DNA of 64,000 nucleotides from Eutreptiella sp. 'Long Island Sound 2002' (Eukaryota > Protista > Euglenida): NCBI GenBank assembly GCA_964036045.1, contig OZ038378.1:168640001-168704000 (forward strand). Reading direction: 5' to 3'. Shown in pieces: positions 26,201-38,200 of this stretch. Position numbers and translations under genes: made by a program. The notes beneath the pieces were generated by a model, which made no database searches, had not been told where the DNA came from, and worked only from the letters and a program-made list of their open reading frames with translations. The first letter of the stretch is position 1. Every line of letters starts with the position of its first letter.

Positions 26201-29200
26201 GTTTGAGGCAACATCCTTGGCTTTTGGTATTTTGGAGACTCCCATCCTGCTCTCCGCTGAACGGCATGGAAGGCTGGGTTGAGAATTGTGTTGTGGGGCG
26301 TTGTAGGGGGACTGCACGGTGGGGGATTGTGTAAGAGGAGAATGTGCACAGATTTTGCGGCGCTCGTAGTGGACACCGCCGATGGAACGATTTAATTGTT
26401 GTTGGTATCGACAGTCTGGAGGCTGCGGACCCAGCGGTAGAGGGATGGCCAGGTGGCAAAGCAGGAAGTGGGACGCTTTTGGTGTCAAGGACACCAACCG
26501 ATTTTACTGATGTGCCGTCGACTGTCCTGGAAGAAAATTTCTTGTCTGATTGAAATGGAGGATGACGTGAGTGGAGCCTCCTGACCTTATTGCCTGGAGC
26601 AGGGGACACATTGCCGCTGGCAACCAGCACCACTATTGTCATCATGATTTTTGGATCCCCATGACAATTTGCAGCGGGGGTGACATTGTGTGCCGCGGCA
26701 AGCTGTGCGGTTGTATAACACCATGGGACCAGTGTGCTGCCTTCTGATGTCGTTTGCCACATGTTCACAGGAACGCGGGGGCTCCGGCGACCTGTGGGCG
26801 CTGCACCTTCCCACGCTCACGTGGACCTGCTTTGACCGCTCCATCGTTGGGGGAGACGTGCCCCTGGGCCGCGCCGGCCACACCGCCGCGGCAGCGCCCC
26901 CCAACACAATGTACGTCGTTGGCATCCGCAACTTGCGGGAGACGGTGTATCGCTTTGACCTGGTGACCAGACGGTGGCGTCGCTTGGCCGCAGCTCCGGC
27001 CCAGGTCGGCACGGGTCTGCGCGCCACGGGATGCGGAGTGTTACGTGCAGGGCCGGACCATCCCCCACCCCAGGGATGCATTAGAAGGGAAGGGACCTCG
27101 TAGGCGGCCCCAGAGGCGGTTAGGCAGGCGGTTGGAGGAGGTTACCAAAGCGGTTGCGGGCCCTTCCAATGCATCCCTGCCCCACCCCCACGCCCTCCTC
27201 CTCCAGGTGGGCCAATGAGGGCACACCCACCACACATCCAACAGCCACGCGGTTGTGGCAAAGGCCCGTGGGGCAATCGAGCGGATGAAGGTGTGGCGGA
27301 TGGTGAATGGTAAACGGGATTGTGTACTCGGCATTTCTCCCCCATGACCCTCCCTAACGCCTCAAGGCCCACGCAGTGCGGGCGGTGCAGGGCCCGGGGG
27401 GACTTCAGTTCCAGACCCCAATGGGCAGCGGGGCCGCACGTGGGCGGTGGGGGGGGGGGGGGCGGGGGAGTGGGTCAGAAATGTTTTGGGTTTGGGGGGC
27501 ACACGTGAATCCCCCGTTTCATTCTGCACTTTGGGCCCACATACGTCGGGGGCGTGAGGGAGAGGAATATTGGGGCACGAGGGGGGGCAGGTCGCGTACG
27601 ATATTGTAATTCTGCCTCATACCGCTGCCCCACACCCACCCGCCCGCTCCTGAACGCGCCCTGTCCCTCCTGAGCGCCCGAACGCCATTTTACAGCCCCA
27701 AGTCCTACCGACTGCCGTCGGTCACTCTTTTTTGCCGCGCCCCAACGGGCCACCCAAAAGCCTGTTCCCGTGGGTATCCCACGGCGCTTCATTTTGCTTC
27801 AGAAGAGGAAGGACGAAGGCAAGCCATCGCAGCCACAGCGGCTGTTGTTGGACCCCTGCACTGAAACCCTGTGGACCGTTGGCCCCGCAGGGCTGCACGC
27901 CCTTCCCCATGGATCGAAGCGGTTCGCGCGCGTCCCGGCCGCCAATTCGCAATTTTTACGGAAGCTGCATGGGCACTGCACGGTCTTGTACAACGGCGTG
28001 ATCTACATTGTGGTGTGTGCCATGCCCGGCGTATTTTCTCTGCCAGCGTAATTTCCAGAGTCATTGGTGGGGGGCATCTTCTGTGCTTTCGTAAAACCTC
28101 CTGAAAACGGCTGTCAAAAAATTGGTTCTGAGCCAATGGGAGAGTGCCAACACTGTTTTGTTCATGGTGTGACCACCCAGAACGGTCTGAACATCCGTGT
28201 AGAGGATTTGGGTGACCAGTGTGACCTTGGGTAGGCAAAACTTATGTCTGTAAGCATGCACGTAGTGCACAGTCATCATGGATTAGTGGCTATATCGTTC
28301 GCCTCACACGCGAGAGGTCGCTGGTTCGACCCCAGCTGATGATAGCTTTTTGCACACCCAAACGAAGAGGCAAGAATTATGTCTGTACGCACGCACACAG
28401 CCCTCAGAGTCATCATGGATTAGTGGCTATATCGTTCGCCTCACACGCGAAAGGTCGCTGGTTCGACCCCAGCTGATGATAAATTTTTGCTCCGCCGAAC
28501 TGTGAAATGCTGAACAAGGTTGTTGCATGGATTGCACTATTAAGAGGTACATGTCACCTTCAGGTCACCCACCCTTCATACCATCGATCCATTGCTCTGC
28601 CATGCCAGAGGTGGCGCAAATGTCCATCGTAGCTTCTTCACCGCAGCTGTGCTACGCTCATGACTGGCCACCACACACTGAGGAGCTGCAGTTACAAAAT
28701 CTCTTTGAGTCTGCCCCTTGTCGTCATCCCCTGCCCCTTCCCACCCTTCCTCTACTTGCACTCCTACCGGAAGTTTCGAATATTACGCTCTGGACCGCCC
28801 CCCTAGCCAAGCGAATAGTGACCAACTGTACCTTAATGTCATCCCCCTCCCTCTCTGGTGCTGTATGAATTGCAACCTGATTCATCTCGGCCTTCAGTCT
28901 TCGCACCGCTGTCTCTTTCAGCCTACAGTCTTTGTGCCTCGTGCACACTGGGAAGCCTACGGGCATGGCAGTCTAACCTGGTTTCAGACTCAGCCAATCC
29001 TTACTACGTGTCAGATCCAATACCACGCCATTGTGGGGAGCATACACCCGAAAGCGTCCGACGCGCGCCCGTCACGCACTCGACACGAACCCGACGCGCA
29101 CCCGACGCGCACCGGATACACGTACGCCACACGCATCCGACAGCTTTCGACGCGCAAACGACACGCACACAATACGCCCTTGACACTTGGTTGATTGAAG

Positions 29201-32200
29201 ACCGGCGGTCTCAATCTTTTGCTTGGCCTCACCAGGATCATCCCCACTCAACTGTTCGCCGGCACAGTATCTCGTACTTGAATGCAACGATCCGCAGTAA
29301 TGATGTAATGATTCTCTGATGAATCTTTGAGGGTAGAGGTCATACCCTGTGAAAGAGGTTGGATTGAGGCGCGGATCCCCTACCATTTTGGGGCCGCGTC
29401 CCAAGAAAAGGGGGTGGCGTGTTAGAATGTACTGACTGAACAGGTCATGTTTCAATTTTTCAATGAGGGCATCGGGTGGACAACCAGCACCCAGCGGCTA
29501 ATTTCCAGCCTCCAAGGCTACGCCCAGCTACACACTATGGCCCATGTTATGTCCGAACATATGTGTGTCTATCTTTCGTTGTGGGGTGTGCCTGCGCGTG
29601 CGCATGCGTGTGTGCACGCATGCCCACCACCAGCCACAAGGTGCCTGACACACCCTGACACGTGCCAAGAAATTGTGACACATGCCGAGAAATTGTGACA
29701 CCTGCCGACACCTGCCATGGCAGGTGTTAGCCTCAGGTATGTATGTTGTGTTGAGGGCGTTTTGTTGTGTGTCAGCAGCTGAAAAGCCAAAAATTCGAAA
29801 ACTAATGTTTTGATTTGTGACCATGCACATGATCAAACAACAGTAGGATCGAATGGTGTGCCCTCTCTTTCAAGTTTTCAAGCCCATTGTGCTATTGAGT
29901 GCTGTGGGGTGGGATGTAGGAGATTGCTTCGTGGCCGGCTGATACTATACTGGGGAGGGGGAGTATGAAGGGGGGGGGGGGGCATCCCGCAGCCCAGATG
30001 GGCTGTTTGCGCAACAGGAGCGGGAGCCCATCAGGGGCTGACCAGCCATGAGGGGGAAAAGGACAGATGGTGGACGGCCAGGACAGCGCGTGGAGGAACA
30101 GGGCACCTGGGCCTCGCGCACACAGAAACACAGCAAGGCAGGCTATGGACGGCCTGTGGACAGAGGCGCGTGGACAGCAAACACAGTCAAACGACCCCGG
30201 CAACAACCAGCACATCCTCAATACGCCAATCATTGGGCACCGCTGACGCGCAAATGGCACACCATGCCACATTCAGCACAGCCTCAACACACCAACTACT
30301 GGGCTCCGCGAACGCGGAAACGACACCAGCAAGAGCACCCGCCGCAGCGGCCGACAGAAAGCAGCGACCCAACGCAACAATCGAAGGGAAGAACAGGTGA
30401 CTGTCCAGGGCCCCGTACAGGAGCAACAACCAGACGGAATGTCACACAGGGGGGGTTGTCCCCTGGTTTTGGAAAGAGTGTAGCCGTCGCAGCTCTTTAG
30501 GGAGGTTGGGTGGGTTGCTGAGCTTGGTAGACCGCCAACATTGTCCGTGGACTGAGACGCGTTGTGAGGCATGGGGTGCTGCCACATTGTGCAGACTTGT
30601 TTGGCTTGCCAATTTTTGAATCAGTGCAGTTTGCTCCACTTGATCAACTTGGGGTATAGGGGACTTCTACTTGTCCCTGAGTGGCACAGCCCAAAGGCCT
30701 TCATTCTTTCCAGGTGTCTTTTGGTCTATAGGCAAGGTGAGCGGTAGCTGTGACCCCACCCCCTCCTTTCCCCTTGGGGTATATTTTATTTAGTTGGTGG
30801 GGGGTCAGCCGAATTCCCGGGAGGGCCAATGTAACCTGCTCCCCCCAGTATGACTCAGCAATCCCCTGGTGGGGTGAGGTTTGGGGAAGCTGGTGATGTG
30901 CACAAAGCAAAGCGTGCAAGAACTTTCCATGCGGTGTTCTCGGTTGCCCCCAAAATTTTCTCTGGGCGCCTTCAGTCTCTGTATTGTATGCATGCCATGG
31001 CTGACCTGGCAACCGACCTGACACCGACTTGACCTTTGGTCATTGCAACGACCTCCACAAACATTTGACACCGCATGAATTCTTCCACTTCCATTCGTAG
31101 TGCAGCACTTTCTGCGAAAGATGCGTCATGTTGAGTGTGCCTGCTTGCGATGCACATGTAGACGCAGGTGGGGGGATTTAGGGAGTGCCACACCGCAGTG
31201 TCTGCCCCTTGGGCCTTCACTCGACCTTCGCTCCATTTCGGATGAACATTTACAGGGCGGAGCAATTGATGACGTGCGCATGTCCTCCTGCATCTACCAG
31301 TTGGTGCTGCCGGAGCCTGAGGCTGCTGCTGGTGTGGGGATGCTGCTGCCCCGAGATGTGTGGTATGTTTGAGTTTTGCTCTAGAGACAATGCAATTCTG
31401 TGTTCCTTCACTTTTCTACATGAGGTCCATGTTCCCAGGGGGCGCACCGTGCGCTGTGCCCACGCTGTGCGAAAAGTCGGCTGTTTTTCACCACCGGCAG
31501 CCACGGGTCCCAGTGTCCTGAATTCTGTCCCCTACAGCCCCTGCCAGTACACCAGGGATTTTTTGTTTGAGTCCGATGCTTGCCATGGGTCCCAGGGTCC
31601 TGAATTCTGCACCCCTCATGCTGTTTTGAATGGGTCACGCACGCTTCTGTAGGTGGGTGGTTTTCAGGGGTGTTCCCGGGATAAACAACGCAATAATTGG
31701 TGCTGTGCGCGCGCTGTGCGAAAACGCCCCCCCCACATTGACCATTGGCAGTCGACCACGCAGTTGGCGGTCACTCAGCACCGATCATGGATTGCCTCAA
31801 TGCAACTGAAAGCTGTAGTCAGTCACTGAGAGCGATGACAGCATTTGTACATCTGCTCATGTGCACCGCAATTTTCCTTCGGGGCCCCTTAAGCCCTTCA
31901 GAGTGCGGTTGTGCTGATTTGATGCACCGGCGGAATGAACAAGGCCTTTTGTCCTTTTAAGTTGGGGAATCCTGGCCCAACCCTAGCAGCCACATGTGGT
32001 TTTGGGATATGGTCAGCGGTGGTGCCGCGGTGTTTGGTCCCCCCCCCCCCACTTGCATAGTCACTGCCCCTGCATAGTAGGCGGGGGGGGGGGGCGAGAG
32101 AACCGTCACTTTCCGTTTTTGCAAATTTACTCAGAAGGTCGGATATTAAGTTTCTCCTGTGCATTTGCTGGCTGGACCAGGTGGTATTATTGGTCGCTTG

Positions 32201-35200
32201 CTGTGTTCTTCAGATTTCTGGCATCCAAGGCACTCCACTGCACCCTGTATCATGCAGAACATTGCAGTTTTTCGCAATTTTAGCCATGGATGTTAATCTT
32301 TTTGACACTTGCCCAGCTGGTGCCACTCAGCTGGGCCCGTTCGGCGGCTGATTTGCTGGTTTGCCTCGAGCCACAGGGGCTGGAGCCCCCTGCCAAGCCC
32401 CCGATTCGCAATGATCCGAGAGCGCAGTTGCAGGGTTCAAGTGCTGGTTCATAAAGGGAATCCAAAAAGGACGTTGTTTACAAGAGATAGCAAGGCGGTG
32501 CCATGAAGGTTGGAATCCGCTTAGGAGTGTGTAACAATCCACCTGCTGATTTGTTGTATTGTGAACGTACAAGACGTCCCGTGATTCCCCATCATCATAA
32601 TCCAGCATCCATCTATAACAAAGAAAATGCAGCAAACCCGGGTGAAAAAGGGCAACAATAATGAGAACAAAACACTCCGTGGACTCCTCCTCTTCCCCCT
32701 TGCCCCCCTCCCCCCATTGTCCCTTGCCACACATCCTTCACAAATCTCCTCAGCGACCCCTCCATCCAGGACCTCCATCCAAGACCTCCATCCAGGAGAA
32801 AGTTCCTTGACTCCACACCACTACCCCCCCCGCTCCCTTTGCATAGTAAGCGGCTGGGGGTGATGGAACCAACCCAATGACGGTTCCCTCGCCCCCCGAT
32901 TACTATGCAAAGGATGCGTGACACAAAAGAAGTCATGCAGACACGAAGGCATATGAACCACAAAATGAGCCAAGAACTGCATGTTGGGATGCAAGTTCAG
33001 TTGTGCTCAGAAACTGGCTCTGTGTGCCACTTTTTCTGGCGGGAGTATTTGACTCTGAAGAGCTGCACATGCTCAACAGGGGCCACAAGAATGGGCTCTC
33101 CAGCTGTAGGCTGGGCTGCAGGCTTGGCTGCCCCCTATGCAGGTTTGGCTGCACTCTTGGTTGAGGGTTTGGCACGAGGTTTGGCAGCGTTATGAGTACC
33201 GGCCCACATAGGGCTGCTACAACTTGGGCCCCAAGCAGGTCAAGGCAGAATGTCTATGTCCCCAAAAGGCTGCCACCATCTTCCAACACACTCAGGCAAC
33301 AACAAATTGGGCTTGGCCACGGCCACCAACCGCCAGGGATATGAAGAACCTGGTGACGCCTTCATAAATGCAGGGTGCTTTCCTCCCTTCCTCCCTGGCT
33401 GGGTTTCATTGCGTGGGCACTGCACACAGTGCCCACGCAGTGCGCACGCGGTGCCCACACAATGCACACACAATGCATAGACATCCCCCCTACTTAATGC
33501 AAATTGTGCAAAATGACGTGCACCCCAGAAATCTTCTTGTTTTTTTTTTCCAGCGTGGTTTCACAGACACTGTGTGCTATAGGAAGACGACCGATGGTGG
33601 CAACTGCCATTTTCCTTGGCCACAGACGGCAGATGCCATGTAGTCTGAGGCATCTGAGCTCATGTTAGTGAGCACCCGTGCCCTTTTAATACCATTGGCA
33701 AGCCATTGAAGCCGTAGGGGTCGCCCGGTCAGCATTGACCGTCATCCGTGAACCGAAGGCTTTGCATGGGTCGCCGACGGTCTCGCTGCACTTCCCTTGA
33801 AGCGCTGTATTCGAGCCCAAGGAGGGGGCATTCCCGCGAGGTGCCGGCTCCACAATCGTGGCTGCCGAGCACCCCATCTGCACCCCCCATGGTGCTCTGC
33901 CGTTCAGTTGCCAAAGGAGTACTGCAATTGTTGTTGGAACCCCCGTTTTGTGCGAGCAGAGTGTTCAATTTGCCATGAAGAGAGCCATACGTGCGGCATG
34001 CATCATCGCATACGATCCAAGCCTCCTCCATGTAGACCCAAAGGTCTTCTCAATGCGATGCAGCACCCGCAACAACTCCTCTGAGGAATTGTGAGCGCAG
34101 GGACTGTGGCACCAAACAGGCAAGGCACGTGTTTGCTCAAACGCATTCCAAGGAGAACGCAGTGAATCGCCGGATAAAAAAGGGAGGGATGGAAAGAGCA
34201 GGGGTGTCGGGTTTTCAGACCGTCGGAGACCGAATACCTGGGGGCAGAATGCCGTTGGGGGCGGACCGAAATGCAAGTGCCAAGCGCATGGTACAGTACC
34301 GGAAATAGTGTTGGCTGGGGGCCTTGCTTCCAGACCCGGTCCCAAGCGTGGGTCGGAGGTCGGAGGCAGATATTCACTCGTTCATTGGGTGGCCCACGCC
34401 TCGGCACCTCAGGCCTGCCCACACTCTGCACACAGCTGAGCAAGGCAAGGCCGTTGTGTCCCCCAACACTAGTTCCCTGGAAACGGCCTGCAACGCTGCA
34501 TGGGCTGCCATAACAGACTGGTACTCCGTAAGCCTGGCCCCGCTTTAGGGTCGTCGGGACTTTCGCGGTGTCAGATGTGTGCCCGGAAGCCCTGCCAGGC
34601 CTGCACCTGCCCGTTCTCCCCCCAGTGGCATTCTGTGGGCCTGCAAAGTGCCGGTTTAGGCACTGCATCATCGCCACGTTGGAGATGCTCCCCAAATGCA
34701 AACACCCCGGAACCAGTTGCTCCGCGGCATGAGCTGAATGGGCGGGTGGAGGGAGAAGGAGAGGGGGAGGGGGGGGTAGGGAAGTTTTAGAATGGCCGTA
34801 CACCGCAGGAGGAACCCCCCCCCCCCCCCTCGCCCCTGACCCCCCCTCAGACCAAAGTGACCATCGTGGGAAAAAAAACCGAAATTTATAACAGCGAAAA
34901 TCTTGTTGTGCCATTTGTGGTGCACAAATTTTTGGGACCCAGACTCCCTCCCCCCTTCTACTGCTTCCTTGAGGGGGGGGGGTGTATGGGCAGTCCCCCG
35001 TTGTTGATGCCCCCCCTCCCCCCCCGCCGTGTCTTGACGGCCGAGGACGTCATAGTCTGGCCGTCGTCCAGTGGCCCTGCCGCCACTGCCGCCCTCTGCC
35101 ACGCCCGCATTGCTCAGGGATGTCGTGCTGCAGTACTGCGGGGCGGCGGACCTCTGCCGCGTGGGGCAGCTCAGCCACAGCCTCCGGGCCCTCGCAGGGC

Positions 35201-38200
35201 AGTGTGTGCTCTGGGAGGGGGCGTACGCGTGTCGCTGGGGAGCGGGCGCCGCGACCAAGACCGGGGGCGCGCAGTGCCTCGACACGTGGCAGAAGTTGTA
35301 TGGCGCCCGCGCGCTCGTGGAGCGCCATTGGGCCCGGGGGCACTTCCAGCAGAGCCTCGTGTTCGCGCGCTCGGGCGCGTTCCGCCACCTCCGCATCGCC
35401 GGCCACGTGCTGGTCACGTCGCAGGTCCACGGCATTGGCGGCACCGCTCTGAACTCGAGGGTCGGTTGAGATTGCTTGGGGCTGGGAAGTCTGTAGTTCC
35501 AGGCAGCGACCCGGGCGTCTCTGTGGACGTGCTTGTACCGACCGTTGGTGTTTAGGGGCCCAAAACATTTAAATGCACGACTGTTTTTGTGCAGTTCCCT
35601 CAAATTCCCTTGGGTTCTTTTTGCAGCTTCATTATGGTACAGATCGGGGTTTTTGCTCACCAAGAATTGCCCGATGCCCACTGAGATTTTGAAGACATGC
35701 AACAGCGAGTTATCAGGCCCGTTTTTTGAGTTCCTGGATTCCTGTGCGAAGGCACGCTTGTCCGTTTTCCAGAGCACCTTGTGAGTGGGGTTTGCTGGGG
35801 ATGTCATCCGAACGCCCCCTCCGGCCCGAGACACCCCTGGAATGTACACGCGCCACGAAGGACGCAGCCGTTAACCAGTGATCAGAGCCGGCTTGCATTT
35901 GACCGTAGCGTCGCGTGTGCGTATGAACCTTGGGCGTCACACTGCCGCATGATGGGGCTCTTTTGCCTGTCAGAGCGACAAAGAGCGTTGCGGCTCCATC
36001 TGATTTGTTCAAGCCATTTGAGGAGCGCATCACGGGAGATGAGACCCTCGGAAACAGCTGTTTGTATGCCTGACAGTCGTTGTGGCAGATTGGCTGATCG
36101 CAGCAGTCTGGCGGAGAAGGGGCACACCGCCCACTGCACACCGCCCAATGCATACCACACATGTGGCGTGTGCAGTGGGCAGTGGGCAGTGGGCAGTGGG
36201 CAGTGGGCAGTGGGCAGTGGGCAGTGTGGTGCTGGTGGTACACTACCCACTGCACACTGCGCACCGCTCACTGCACACTGCACACGACCCCCCAGCCACC
36301 CAAAGGGTCACACTGGGTATCACCCACACAAATGCTTTACACGCGCGTTCAGACCGTTCTGGGGGGTTACAACATGAACAAGACATCGTTGGCACCCTCC
36401 CAGTGGCCCGGGACGTTTTTTTGACAGCGTCCGTCGGGGTGGCTTCACCCGTTGCACACTACGCGTTGCGCACTGCACACCGCACCGCCCACTGCACACT
36501 GCTTGCGACGGACTGCACACATACCGAGGGACATGCGAAACAGAAAGCCTCCGAAGAAGTGGGGCCACAGCGGCAGCCGGGCCAACAGCGGCTGTTTGTT
36601 GCACGTTGAAGACAACTTGATCCCAAACGCCCCGCATTGTTGCGGGCAGACCATCACTGCCTTCGCCTCCTCAGGGCCCGGACAACAGCCTGTGCCTCTT
36701 CAACCGCACGAGCGGCCGCTGCCTCACACTGCGCCGCAGGGCCCCAAATGCCGCGGTGGCGCAGCCCGTCAAGCCCAAGCCCCGCGCAGCCGTTGCACTG
36801 GCAACTGCCGCGCACGGCCCTGCCAGTCCCGCGGCGCCTTCCCCGCGCCCTGCGCCGTGGGCCGCAGGACGGGGCCGCACGCCCAGCCTTGACGTACCGT
36901 GCGAAAGGGGCGTACCGGTCTGCACGCTGACGTGCCTGGACGTGGACGAAGGAAGTGGGCTCCTGGCGACGGGCTGCAAGGACCGCACGGTGATGCTGTG
37001 GTCTTGCCTCACCGGTGAGCTGCTGCAGCGGTGGTATGCACAAGGCCTTCTTCCCCCCCTGCAATGGCCCGGGAGCTGCGGTGGGTGTGACGTCCTCTGG
37101 CAAGCCTCCCCAGTCTCAAGACCTGCAGACCTCTGGTGGCCTGGCCCCGGGCATCACGTCTGGGATTGTGCGCCACCGCCATTTGTGTCTCGGACGCTGT
37201 GGCACGGCCTGGGACCTGCAGTGGCTGCCACTGCTTGCGGGTGGAGCTCGGATACTCAACTTACTGCATTGTGCAGGGCCTTAGTGCCCCCCAGGTCAGG
37301 AGCATGAATTGACATGGTTGTGTGTGGGGGTGGGGGTGGGTGTGCGGGTGTGGGTGGGTGTTGGGTGGTTGCATCCAGCACAGGCTGTATATTTTTTGGG
37401 TTGTCATGAACGCGCACTCCTCCGTGGGGGTTTTCTTGGTCTGTTGGTTAGTGCGGAACCAAAACGTGGTGCAGGTGGGGGCACAGGAGGAAGTCTGTGC
37501 CACACTGAACCCACTGTCCAGGACTGCACTTTGTCGGTCTCTATCAACAGACGGAAAGACGTCTCGGGCTGCCCTGCGGCTCCCGAGGAGTTTTCTTTCA
37601 CCGCTTCTCTTGCTCTGTTCTTGTTTACGGTTCTCATTGTGTGTGTGTGTGTGTGTGTGTGTCTGAGTGTCTATTTTTTTTTTCGGGTCAGCCTTTCAAT
37701 TTTTCCCTTGTCAAAATGTCCAAGAACGACATGGTCCAGTTGGCTGATGGCACCCAGATCCCTCTGTGCCGCCCGAACAGCGTGAATGACAAAGATTGGG
37801 CTTCCGTGAAGGATTACCTTAAGACCCACCCCAATGAAGCTAAGGCTCTGCAGAAGTCCGTCCAGGGTGTCACTGAGAACCCTATGCAGCTGGACCAGTT
37901 CCGTGAGGTGATGGCCCTGGCTGAGACCTGCTGTTTTTCCACCCCCTGTACACACGCCCTCATACATTGCTGGTTGGTCGTAACCGGTGACTCCACAGGC
38001 CTCGTCGTCGCTGACCGTAGTGCAGGGGGACTGAGGTGAGGGCTCTGAAACATTCCCGCAACCCATGTCTGAGCTTAAGTGACCCCTGTTTCTGTCCTTC
38101 ACAGGCCCTTGGCTTAGCGCTCTGCGCGGCTGCTGAGGGCTGGAGACGGTCGTGATCGGGTGCAGGATGTGCCTCTTCCTCTCGCCCTGTACTGCAGAAA

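Noticed and set aside
28718-28860. Kelch exon with a non-canonical (euglenid non-conventional) acceptor at GSFEYY
   Set aside because: The canonical exon at 31256 completes the YIV|GG motif better, and this ORF continues into LINE-like sequence.
35700-35722. GPDNSL peptide on the minus strand matching the exon 7 start
   Set aside because: Only six residues with different codons; probably coincidence, or the LINE RT GPD motif.
34668-35849. 393-aa minus-strand ORF as a gene
   Set aside because: It is mostly the antisense shadow of the GC-rich F-box exon plus repeats; only a weak RT-like patch was kept.
37662-37760. SL RNA gene
   Set aside because: An SL RNA gene has GT immediately after the exon, then a short structured intron with an Sm site. 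Here TTCG is followed by GGTCAG, a UTR and an ATG-initiated codon-biased frame.
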